A stretch of 64,000 bases of DNA. It comes from Raja brachyura (Eukaryota). The first letter of the stretch is position 1. Every line of letters starts with the position of its first letter. The notes below the pieces were generated by a model. That model did no database searches. It was given only the letters and a program-made list of their open reading frames with translations, and was not told the origin of the DNA. The DNA lies in the NCBI GenBank assembly GCA_963514005.1, contig OY740792.1:36084001-36148000 (forward strand). The letters are read 5' to 3'. The translations under genes were made by a program, and so were the position numbers. Positions 39,045 through 50,420 of the stretch are shown here, piece after piece.

Positions 39045-39896
39045 GTGGTATCTTCGACTCCACCCACTAAATTCAAATCCAAAATAGGAAAATCGGGAAA
39101 GGACTCTCTAGCTCCGATGATCTTTTCACCAGCTGAGGATAGTGTGGGGGATCAAGGAGCTAGAAGGAAAGTTCCGCAGAAGTGGGTACCAAAATTAATT
39201 GGGAAATCAGGTGGGAATGTGAAAGAATCCTTCCTAAAGTACAGAGATTCCAGTAGCAGAACGAGCAGCTTTGAGGGTGAGACAGCAGGAGGATATGAAG
39301 TGGCTGATCCCGACATCGATAGCATTATAATTCCCAAAGATGTGGGTATGGAGCGGATTCCCCTCAGCCAATTCCCTAGTAGGAAGCTGCCTACTTCACC
39401 TATAGAATTAGATCCCGCAGTAGGTGTAAATGATCCCTGGGCCACAAACGTCCCCATTTCAATGCAACCTGGTTGGATGGCGGCTAAATCCTCCCAGAGA
39501 CCCGTACTAAGAATCCAGAAATGGGAAGTAACTTCAAAGGAAGATAAGGAGGAGGAGGAACATAAAGCATGGATAAACATGCCATTCTGAGAGCCGACTT
39601 TCCCTCGGTTTGGTTGGAGTGGGTACAGAGCTGTTATATCTGATCAATGTTACAACTGTGGGAAATCAGGACATTGGAACCGATCTTGCCCTGTGAGGAA
39701 ATACCGAGAAGGAAGGTGGCAAAGAAGAGGGCCATGGGGTTTAAGAAGATCCCTAGAGGTTACAGGGATACTTGGGACCCCGAAGGTAGAGGAAATGGAC
39801 ACTGGCCAGAAGATCAGGGGACAGGGACATTCTGGCAACCAAATCCATTCTGGTAGCCCTAATATTCTGCCAGCTAATACAAAGTATGACATCTGA
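39045..39896 (+). pseudogene. Degenerate gag-like ORF with CCHC zinc knuckle
   Basis: ORFs 39045-39590 and 39693-39896 share one frame broken by a single TGA. The bridging segment encodes CYNCGKSGHWNRSC (39648-39689, CX2CX4HX4C) followed by a basic tail. Confidence 0.75.
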
Positions 39897-42800
39897 AGGC
39901 ATTCTCACATGGCCCAAAAATAATAATAAATTATAAGAACAAGAAAGAACACTGCCCCTTCCGATTCCCAGGAAGAGCGTCACGAAGAATTTAATTGGGA
40001 TCGAGAAACCTCACTAACAGGAAGGACTACGAAAAGGGAAACACAGTAGCTGGTGTCAGAAGGAATGGGAACGCAAGGAGAAATGAAATGGCACTAGGGA
40101 GAGAAGAAACAAACTTATTGTGCAGGAGGTACGGGAGTAGGGAAAGGAGCTATTGTTCTAACTTGTTACTAAGTTTGTGCCGGCAGGACAGTATAATCGA
40201 CAACATACTATCTGGGGAGTGAAGTAAAGAATATGCGGACCCTTGAGAGCAGGCGGAAGACACAGCTCAGGTAAAGTAGCTCCCCAGAAACAGAGACCAA
40301 CAAGGAGGAAATAATACTGTCCCTTTAAGACAAATCTGGGAAGGCCACCAGATAGAGACGGCTGCTCCTCAGTATCCCTACTCCTTTGAAACTAACATCA
40401 AGGAAGAAGAAGAAGATACCTACCATAGTGCCCAACTTTAACATCGTCTAGCTTTTGACATCAGTGAAGGAAAAATAACACCATCCAACCTTTCCTAAAA
40501 AACAGACAACCAATGACGACTATTGGGGCGAGCTCTACTTTGAAGAACTGAATTTGAATTTGAAAATAGACACTCCTCTGTGGTTTGGGGCAAAACACCT
40601 ATTTTGTGTCTAAATTATAGTTATTAGAAATAAATTGATAAAATTTTGAATTTGGTTTCTAAATTGTATGGTAATGAATTGGAGGAACTTTAAAGTTTGA
40701 GATTTGGAACTGACTTGTGAGATTTAGCTTAGGAGTATTTAAAGTTTGATTATTAATTTGGTATTGTTTTTGTCTCATCCCCAGACAGGCAGTCAAAGAT
40801 GGGAAGGCTTATTCAGAGTGCATCAGGAAAGGATGGAACTTGGGAAATTCTGGTAACATGGAAGAATTATTCAGGGAAATGAGAGTTGTAATTGGAAATA
40901 GTAAAAAGAGGAACTGTGAACAGCAAGACTTCCCTTTAAGAGATCAGAGTTAGCATACTAGAAAGTTACTCAGTGGTAAAAGGAAATTAGTTATGAGGAA
41001 GAACTCCTATGGACTGAGAGCCGAGCCAACATTCTAGGGAAGAAGTACCAGAGGAGAAATCTATTAAAGGAGGAATAAGAAAATGGGTGTTGAGATATCA
41101 GAGTCGATGTATTTGACCGGTGGATCTAAATTATTTAACCCTTGATAGTAAAGCGGCTTCTATTATCAAGGTGGAAAGAAATTGTCCTTAGATTCTTCAT
41201 TGGCTTTATGATGAAATTGACAACATATGGAAATTGATTAATTGAATTTGAACTGCTGGGAATTCCACAGGAATTGGAATGGAATTGTGTTATGTGTATT
41301 CCAGTATTCCAAAACTGTGGAATGAGAAGAGTGAGACGGACCCTGAAATTTAAAATAGTACATTGAAGGCTGAGACTGAATTTGGCTACATTGAAACATT
41401 TTTCATGGTTTGCTTTAAATAAGAGTCACGCTTGTAGGGAAATCTGGTCTGACCCCAGCTGAAACTTATATGAAAGACCATCATCAGATATACATATTAT
41501 AACATTGTGTGAATACGGAGAGAGCTGATTAGTGTTGATCCTTGGATAGTAAAGAGTATATTATAGAACCGAATAACAATAGGAATACAGTAATAGAGCA
41601 GAATATAGTAGAGATAGTGAAATGGAAAAGGGATAATATTGCAGAATTACAGTGAATGTATGGGAAAACATTAGTGCATGATGGTAATTTGCTATGTTAC
41701 AAGTTTTTCAGGAATTATAGGTTATAGGTTTGATTATGGAAAGGGATGGAAGAATGGGCAACAACACATATGGAGGGAATTCGTGTCCACAAAAACTCAG
41801 GAGGTGAAGACTCGTCAGAAGGAAATTGTGAAGCTACACCCACGAAAACTCGGGAGGTTGTTAAGATTCTGGGAAGAAACATCATCATCTTGTTGTTGTT
41901 AATAGATGGAGAATGTAAAAGACACACATATGTATATCTGGTTATCTGATTATCTGATCATTTGGTTATCATAAATGATGGCTTATCATATATGATAAAA
42001 GGAAGGAATATTAATTCTGGCCAAATTGGAGATGCCAGGACACTAAAGTTGAGTAAAGGCTTCTGGGCTGCTTGGCCAATTTAAATGTGCCTTCTGCAGA
42101 AATGGGACAAGCTGCAGAATGGTGCCAGCTTGTCTAGAGCCTAGATAAGAATTGCAGGAAGAGAATGGAACATCTGCAGATTCTGACAATTAGGTGTAAA
42201 TTGCATGAAACAGATTGGATGAATGCAAACCAGGCATACACATTGTAAATATTGTTGCAAAGCTTTACTTTGCCAGATGTTGATTGGGTTAAATGTTGAG
42301 CCTTGTCTGGGTTTCTTAAATATCAAGACCATGTTGCAAATTCATCTCCATTAAACTGCACCTAGAAACTTCGTCAGATACATTGTATTAGTCACTGTAT
42401 TATTGGGTTGGGGAAATGTCTGTCATTTACTGTGTTAATCGATATCTGTTATTGGACTGTATAGAGCCCACCCCCATGTGGTTCGGCCCTTCAAGGTTCG
42501 GGGACCTATAATAGGCCGCTCCCATGAGGTCCTGCGTTGAGCTTCTGGGACAGCGCTTAGGACTGTGTGATCTTCTGGAGTGTCTCTGCTTGAACGAGGC
42601 TAAGAGGGCTTGGCCAGGCAGTTACGAGGATTGAACCCATGGTGGTTAGGTATAGTAGTGGGGAACTATTATTATGTTTTTCCAAAATAAAATTTAGATG
42701 CACAAGAGGTTGACTTAGTGGTGTTTGACTGAAACTAGAGTGGGGGGGGGGGGGAGCTTAGAACAAGCTATTTACACTGCTATTGACTCTATTTACATTT

Positions 42801-43202
42801 CATGCTGCCTCGGGAAAGAAGCCAACATAATCAAAGCCTTGTCCTTGTCCCACTTGTCCTTCTTCTCCTGCTCCTGTCCGGCAGAAAATACAGAAGCTTG
42901 AAAGCGAGCACCACCAGACTCTAGGACAGCTGCTTTCCCAACATTATCAGGCTTCTGAGCGGTCCTTCCATAAGCCAAGATACTGTCCGATTCATCTCTA
43001 CCCAATTTGTTTCTGTAACAGTAATGCTACAATGCTGTAAACTGTATTCTGCACTGTGGTATTTTTCTCTCTGCTCTGCCGGTTATATTTACGTTTGGCT
43101 TGATTGTACTCATGTATGGCGCGATCCGATTTGTTTGGATAGAAGACAAACAAAAGCTATTCACTATATCGAAGTACACGTGACAATAGTCTGAAGAAGG
43201 GT

Positions 43203-43203
<1 letters not shown>

Positions 43204-43238
<35 letters not shown>
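43204..43238. repeat. (CA)n microsatellite
   Basis: About 17 CA units, directly after a truncated agtctgaagaagggt hammerhead head. Confidence 0.95.
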
Positions 43239-43240
<2 letters not shown>

Positions 43241-43469
43241 CCAATGTCTAATCTTGCTGGGCTACGCCTAATACAATATTTTTTGATTAACAAATTTGTG
43301 CCCTCAAAACTAGGTGTTGGTACAAGGGGCTGTGCGTGGAACATCAAGACTCAATGAGTAACATGTTAACTAGCATTTCACAAGTTCGAGTGTTGCTGAC
43401 AGCATTACCAAAACCTTTAGCTTTCGTAGACGGCGGATCTGAGCAAAGCACAGAGTGCTTAGTTTTTAC

Positions 43470-43960
43470 TTTAGTTCAATTCGGAGATACAGCGCAAAAT
43501 AGGCCCTTCGGCCCACCGAGTCCGCAGCGACCAGCGATCCCCACACAATAACACTACCACTAGGTGCAATTTTACTTTTACACAACCCAATTAACTTACA
43601 AACCTCTACATCTTTGGCGCGTGGGAGGAAACCGAAGATCTCGGAGAAAACCCACGCAGGTCACAGGGAGAACGTACAAAATCCATACAGACAGTACCTG
43701 TAGTCAGGATCGAACCAGGATCTCTGGCGCTACAAGGCAGTAGCTCAACTGCTAGGGCACGGTGCTGCCTTAAGTTAAAGATACTGCTTGGAAACTGGCC
43801 CTTTGGCCCACTGAGTCCACACTGACCAGAGATCACCCATACACTAATTTTATTCTACACACTAGGGACAATTTACAGAAGCCAATTAACCTACAAACCA
43901 GCACGTCTTTGGCATGTAGGAGGAAACCGGAGCACCCAGAAAAAAACCTTGTGGATTGCA
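43470..43960 (-). mobile_element. HE1-like SINE, full copy plus partial copy
   Basis: Reverse complement of the SINE consensus. Confidence 0.8.
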
Positions 43961-44417
43961 TTTCCATGCGCCTATCTAAAATCCTCTTAAATATCTGCCT
44001 TCACCATCACCCCTGGCAGTATGTTCCAGGCACCCACTACTCCATGTAAAAAAAAAATCCATTAAACTTTCCCCCTCTCACCTTAAATCTATAACTAGTT
44101 TTTGGCATTTCCACCCTGGAAAAAAGGTTCTGACTCTCCATATCTATGCATCTTTACCAGATCTCCTCTCAACCTCCAACATTCTAGAGAAAACAATCCA
44201 CGTTTGCCCAACCTCTCCAAGTAGCTAATAACTCCCAATCCAGCAGCATTCTGCTTAAAAGAAGCTAAATCAAGGAAGATAGACAATTGAAGGAGTATAT
44301 CCTGCTATCTGTGGACAGCCCCAGATTTTACAAGCTGCAGAATGCATTATGATCATGAATGCCATTGAAGGCAGGAACCTGCAGCAACTGACTCACAGAA
44401 GACCCAGTCTCTTAGAC

Positions 44418-44622
44418 CAGTGCTTCTTAAATAATTTCAGTATCATTCACTTGTTTATCGCAAAATTTCATTCACCCTTGACTAAATTTTCTTATGTTTT
44501 TTGAAACTTTTTGTCTTGTATATAATTTATTTTGTCATATGAGCAAAAAACATAAATTAACTCATTCACCCCAAATAATTTCATTCACCTTTAGGAGAAC
44601 CATTCACCAGTTTAAGAAGCAC
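44418..44622. mobile_element. hAT-type MITE
   Basis: 8-bp TSD tcttagac (44410-44417, 44623-44630); TIR cagtgcttcttaaa / tttaagaagcac. Confidence 0.75.
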
Positions 44623-45308
44623 TCTTAGACCACATTGAGTTCACAATCAGATGTCCTATTTTTATGATATTGATTTGGAAATAAATAATGTTATTGGAGT
44701 ATTCATTGAATAGTCATAGTTACATTCAGACAGCACCAGTTAGATACGGCCAGGATCAAACCAACCTGGGTCTCCAATGCTGTAAGGCAGCATCTCTATC
44801 GCTGCACCACTGTGCTACCCGCCCTGTACACCTCAATTAGGTCAGCCCTTGGTCTCTTATGCTCCAAAGCATAAAGCCTATCCAACCGCTCCCTATAACT
44901 CAAGCCCGCAAGACCAGCTAACATCCCGGTGAATCTCTTCTGCACCCTTTCGACTGCTGGAACAGTTGAATCTATTCGTTGAACAGATTGCGCACACATG
45001 TTTAAACACAAAGAATGGATATAATGGATAATATATTGGGATGGAAGTCGAATCAATTTTAATAATTCAATTCGACCAAAACCCTTCAGAACCCGAGATA
45101 CGGATTTCCTATTCTGAATCTCTGTCAAATAAATGTTCTATTTAAGGAACGATGATTATTGACGCCTTTGCAATCAATAGATATTAACAAGTCATAAGCA
45201 ATTTTGCCCAACATCTTAAAAAAATAACCTAAAGGTCAATTTATCTTCCATTGACAAAAATGAGCTGTCTTTCCTTCTTTAAAATCATTTTATATTGACT
45301 CCACTTAC

Positions 45309-45729
45309 CCAGAAGCTGAAAGCAGAACGCTATTTGCGTTAATGTATTATGGTGTCATGTTTTTAAAAACTCAAAAAGGCCTCCGTACAATAACTTATTT
45401 CTGAACCACAGGGTTGAACAATCAAATCATCACTAATTGTACAATTCCCAACTGTTCAAGAGAAAAGGTTTTTGTTTAAGTGGTTTGAACATATTGAAAG
45501 TAGATTGTATTCTCTGTAAAACGCCACAATTTATGGGGCCTGCCTCTGTTGTAACTTGTTTTCTCAGATTATTACAGGCAGTTAAAAACAGCAAGAAATT
45601 TGATCGACTCCAAAATGTAGCAGCAGGAATGACACAGGCCCCTATTTCCCCAATCATGTTTAAACAGAGACTCGGCAATTGCTGGCTGGGACATCATTCT
45701 CATCTATCTGGCAACGAGTCGGCCGCACA
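45309..45729 (-). other. Candidate 5'UTR/signal-peptide exon of the IGSF3-like gene
   Basis: Consensus donor CTGG|gtaagt (plus strand acttac 45303-45308). The phase-1 frame NTLTQIAFCFQLL-G joins in frame to LCSAQR of the 2524 exon. Possible acceptor ctctctttag| at 45730. The island is repeat-free and retains CpGs. No in-frame ATG in the sequence as given (see findings). Confidence 0.5.
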
Positions 45730-47463
45730 CTAAAGAGAGCTCCCCGCTATGTAATAGCAGCAGGCACAGTGTGGCGGTGGGCAGAGTCACTGCCTCACAG
45801 CAACAGAGATCCAGGTTCAATCCTGACCTCGGGTGCTGTCTGTGTGTGGGGTTTGCACGTTCTCTCTGAGACCGCGTGGGTTTCCTCCCACATTCCAAAG
45901 ACATTTGTAGGTTAATTGGTCTTCTGTGAATTGCTGCTGGTGCGTAGGTAAGTGGTAGAATGTGGAGGGAAACGAGAATAATATGGAGCGGATAAAGTTG
46001 GATTTGATTAATGTAAATGAGTGATCAATGGTCTTGATGCCCATATTTGAATGCTGGAAACATAAAACGAAAACATTTTAAAATTAATTGTTGCACGGTG
46101 GTGCAGCTGGAAGAGCTGTTGCCTCACAGCGCCAGAGACCCAGGTTCTATCCCAACCTCTACTTTACATGCTGTTCCTGTGACCATGTGGGTTTCCTCCC
46201 ACGTCTCAAAGACGTGTGGGTTTGTAGGTTACTTGGCTTCTGTAAATTACCCCTCGTGTGTAGGGAGTGGGCATAACGTAGAACTAGAGTGAACGAGGTT
46301 AATAGTCAACATGGACTCGGTGGGCCGAAAGGCCCGTTTCCATGCTGTATCTCTACAAAATCCTCGTGTGAATGGGTGATTAGTGGTTGCATTGGACTGT
46401 GGGTTGAACGGCCTGTTTCCGTGCTGTATGGCTCCATGAATAACTACTCGTCCAAACTCCATTTGCCAGTTTCAAGCGTGGCTCTGGGCAAGTAAGGAGG
46501 TAATAATGAATTGGAGGAACAGCACCTTGTATCACTTGGGCAGCTTACAACCCAGTGGTGTGAACATTGATTTTTCTCATTTCTCATTCCACTCTCTCCC
46601 TCCCTCCCGCCCGCACCTCAATTAGTCTACTAGTTCCACTGTTTGTATCCCTGTCGTTAGCTCATCTTCCCCAGCCAACAATGGACTCCACACTACCAGA
46701 GGTCATCCGTTGCCGACCCCAATTTGGTTTGCCTTTCCTTCTGAAAAAGGTTCCCAACCCGAAATGGCGTCTATTCCCATTCTCCAGAGATGCTGCCTGA
46801 CGTGCCGAGTTAGTCCAGCATTTTGGGTCTATCTTCAGCAACAATGAATTGGTCTGAGATGAACAAGCCCTGACTGCTACCCGACACCAATGGTATCAAT
46901 GGGTTTCAGGCAATAGGGATCAATTTGACAGAGAAAGGCAGCAGGATGACAACTGGAGCAATGTCCTTAAAGGCAAGTGCCATCGAAGACATTCCAATGG
47001 TCAGGGACATGTCATCCTCACTGCATGGGCTGTGACCTTCTCTGGGAAACAGAGTCACAACTCAGTACAATTATCACACTGCAAAGTGCAAGATGTTACC
47101 AATAAACTGTGCTGCAACTTTGAACCGCTCAGTGTGTAGGAAGGAACTGCAGATGCTGGTTTGTAGCGAAGATAGACACAAAGTGCTGGAGTAACACAGC
47201 GGGTCAGGCAGCACCTCTGGAGAAATAGGTGCCACTTCAGGTCAAGTCCCTTCTTCAAACTGAGTCAGGGAAGAGGGAAACTAGAGATATGAAAATGTAC
47301 AGCACACATCAGAGCCCACAATGGTCTATTGCCGGCTGTGGAGGTGGTAATGAGGGGATACAAACAGTAAAACTAGCTGGACAAAGAGGATGGGAGAGAG
47401 ATGGAAAGAGGGGGAATGCTAGGATTATTTGAAATTAGAGAAATCCATATCCATATTCACATT

Positions 47464-47597
47464 GGGGGTCTGAAGAAGGGTCTCGACCCGAAACGTCGCC
47501 TATCTCCTTCACTCCTTAGATGCTGCTGCACCCGCTGAGTTTCTCCAGCTTTTTGTGTAACCCTCGATTCTCCAGCATCTGCAGTTCCTTCTTTAAC
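47464..47597 (+). mobile_element. Stand-alone 134-bp hammerhead-bearing Penelope-derived unit
   Basis: Perfect 14-bp TSD tccatattcacatt (47450-47463, 47598-47611); intact core at 47470-47497 preceded by ggggg. Nested in an older minus-strand PLE tail. Confidence 0.9.
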
Positions 47598-47974
47598 TCC
47601 ATATTCACATTATTGTTTTCAGATTATCATAGCCAACTCAAGAAACATCTGGATTACAACAAACTCAGTAATCTGCAAAGTAACCAGTGTGTGAATCCTT
47701 TCATTTTAATTTCCTCTGCCTGCACGTGATCCCTACCCCTCCATTCACTGCATATTCATGTGCCCATCTAAAAGCCTCTTAGACTCCACTATTGTATCTG
47801 CTTCCACCACCATGCCTAGTAGCATGTTCTAAGCCCTTGCACAATGCAACGTTCATCTTTGCAAAAGATTTCCCATTTCTTACACTGTTGCTTACATTAT
47901 GTCAAATTTGCCTTTTCTTACAATCAGAAACACCATCTACTGACTGATAATCAGATACAAACCTCAGCATAGTC

Positions 47975-48722
47975 ATAGTGTGGAAACAGCCCCTTCAGCC
48001 CAACTTGCCCACACCAACCAACATGTCCCATCTACATGTCCACTTGCCTGCATTTGGCCCCTATACCTCTAAACCTGTCCGAACCATGTACCTGTCTAAT
48101 TGCTTCTTAAACATCATAATAGTCCCTGCCTCAACCACCTCCTCCGGCAGTTCAATCCATACACCCACCACCCTTTGCGTGAAAAAGTTGCTCCTCAGAT
48201 TCCTATAAAATCTTTATCGCTTCACCTTAAATCCACGTTCTCTGGTTCTCGACTCCCAGCACTCTGGGCAGGACACTCTGTGCACCCACCCGATTTATTC
48301 TTCTTATCATTTTATATACCTATAGTCCTAGCCTGCTCAATCTCACTATTGCTCAGACCCAGGCAACAGCCTTGTACCTTCTCTACACCCTTTTCAACTT
48401 GATAACATCTTTGCTTGAACATGGTGCATAGAATTGAACACAATTAATCCAAATGCCGCCACCCCAACGTCTTATATAACTGGAACATGACCTGCCAACT
48501 TCTACATTCAATACTCTGACTGATGAAGGCCAATACGTTCAAAGCCTTCTTGCCCACCCCTTCTACCCGTGATGCCACCTTCAAGGAACTATGTACCTGC
48601 ACTCTGATCCCTCTGCTCTGCAACAGTCCCCAGAGCCCTACCATTCACTATGTAGGTCTTACCTAGGTTAGACTTTCCAAAATGCAACACCTCACATTTC
48701 TCTGTATTAAATTCCATAAACA
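47975..48722 (-). mobile_element. CR1 fragment
   Basis: GIRVQVHSSLKVASRVEGVGKKALNVLAFISQSIECRSWQVMFQLYKTL. Confidence 0.8.
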
Positions 48723-50094
48723 AGATGCAATTTATCCAGGGTTACACAAAAAGCTGGAGAAACGCAGCGGGTGCAGCAGCATCTAAGGAGCGAAGGAGAT
48801 AGGCGACGTTTCGGGTCGAGACCCTTCTTCAATTGCCTCTCTAATGGTGAACACTATCCTTTGTTTCCAAAGCAGAAGCTGCTAGGAGATGCTGGGGGAG
48901 TTAAACCAAGAAAATAATTATGCAGGCGGGGAAGATTAAAGAAATCTTATAGGCGATGTATACGCTTACGTTTGTTTGTTATTGTCATATGGGACATAGT
49001 TACAGTGGAAAGCTTTATTATGCATCAGGTTATATTATACAGAAATACAATCAAGCCAAACTCAACTACAATCGGTAGAGCAAAGGGCACAATACAGGGT
49101 TCAGAATAAAGTAAACTACGGGTGCGGTCTGTGTAGAGTTTGCACGTTCTCCCTGTGACCACGTTAGTTTTCTCAAGGTGCTCTGGTTTCCTCCCACAAT
49201 CCAAAAACATACAGGTTTGCAAGTTAATTGGCTTGGGTAAAATTATACATTGTCTCCAGAGTGTGGGATAGTGTTAGTGTACGGGGTGATCGATGCCTAC
49301 TCGGTGAGCCGAAGGGCCGGTTTCCGTGATGTATCTCTAAAATTTGAAGTCTAATGTCTAAAAGGACACCAAGTGTTGGAGTAACTCAGCACTTGGGTCA
49401 GGCAGCACCTCTGGAAAACATGGCTAGGTGATGTTTTGTGTTGGGACCCTTCCTCGGTACATAGTTCTCAGCATTTTTGCAGGGAGAAGAATAATCGTCC
49501 AGGGTGGGATATCTTAGATTATGTAGAAACACTAATCAGGCTGATGAAGGGTCTAACCTGAAAACTTCACCCACCCATGTTCTCCAGAGATGCAACCTGA
49601 CTCGCTGAGTTACTCCAACACTTTGTGTCTTATACAGGTGAGGGGGAGGGGGATGAGGAGGTTTGATTGCCACATACTCCACTCATCTGCCAAAGGCTAG
49701 AAATAAAAAGGGTGTTAGACTAAGAGTGAAGCACAGTGAACTGGAAGTCCAGAGGGTGGGATATAGGAGGTAGGGGATGCAGGAGATAATGCAAGGCTGA
49801 ACTCCACTTCACAAAAGTTCAGCTCTGTGTTTTGTATTATCATTCCACACCAAAATGTTCACCTAGATCCCTACAAAACCGACTGATTTTATCACAGAGA
49901 TTAATGGCCAACTTGCAATTAAGTTAATGGATTTTGACGATTCTTTAAAAATACCCTTTTATATAATCTATTTAGAAGCTTCATAAAATATAAAGCAATT
50001 ACTTGACAGGAAAAACTGGTTCACAACAAGCCCACAATTCATTAGTGAGTGTGCATAGAGATGAAATATAATATTCCATGCAACATTATACCTT

Positions 50095-50420
50095 TGTGAT
50101 CTTATAAATATCTGGTGGCTCAAGACAAAGTTGTGCACACTGGATATAAACAGGCCAAGCTTGAAATTGTCGTGGAACGCTCATGTTGATGTGAAAAGGG
50201 GATCTCTGGCTCTATATGAAAATCACAGAAAACCATTGAGGAACAAGCACCAAGTATCCTGGAGTGTAAACTCTCAGAGTGGGGTATCATTATTTTGCTC
50301 TATATGACTAGGTTGTATCCAAAACACAATTGCTACATGTAATTTTGTGCACTCTACATGCACAATTACATTACAGCAGGAACTCCAATAATCTCAGTTG
50401 TCTCCAGTAAGAAAAAGGTT
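50095..50420. repeat. Left arm of an old dispersed inverted repeat
   Basis: Reverse complement of 51640-51898 plus 52829-52890 (e.g. ttttgtgcactctacatgcaca / tgtgcatgtagagtgcacaaaa). Confidence 0.8.

Larger units (their letters stand above)
36584..42776 (+). mobile_element. Non-autonomous LTR retroelement (ERV-like), ~6.2 kb, gag remnant, no detectable pol/env
   Basis: 5' LTR remnant 36584-36850 (TGTTAAT...) matches the 3' LTR 42009-42776 (...ATTTACA). Polypurine tract aaaaggaaggaa lies just before 42009; tataa at ~42507; aataaa at 42686. The host Rex1-like fragment continues on both sides. Confidence 0.88.
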
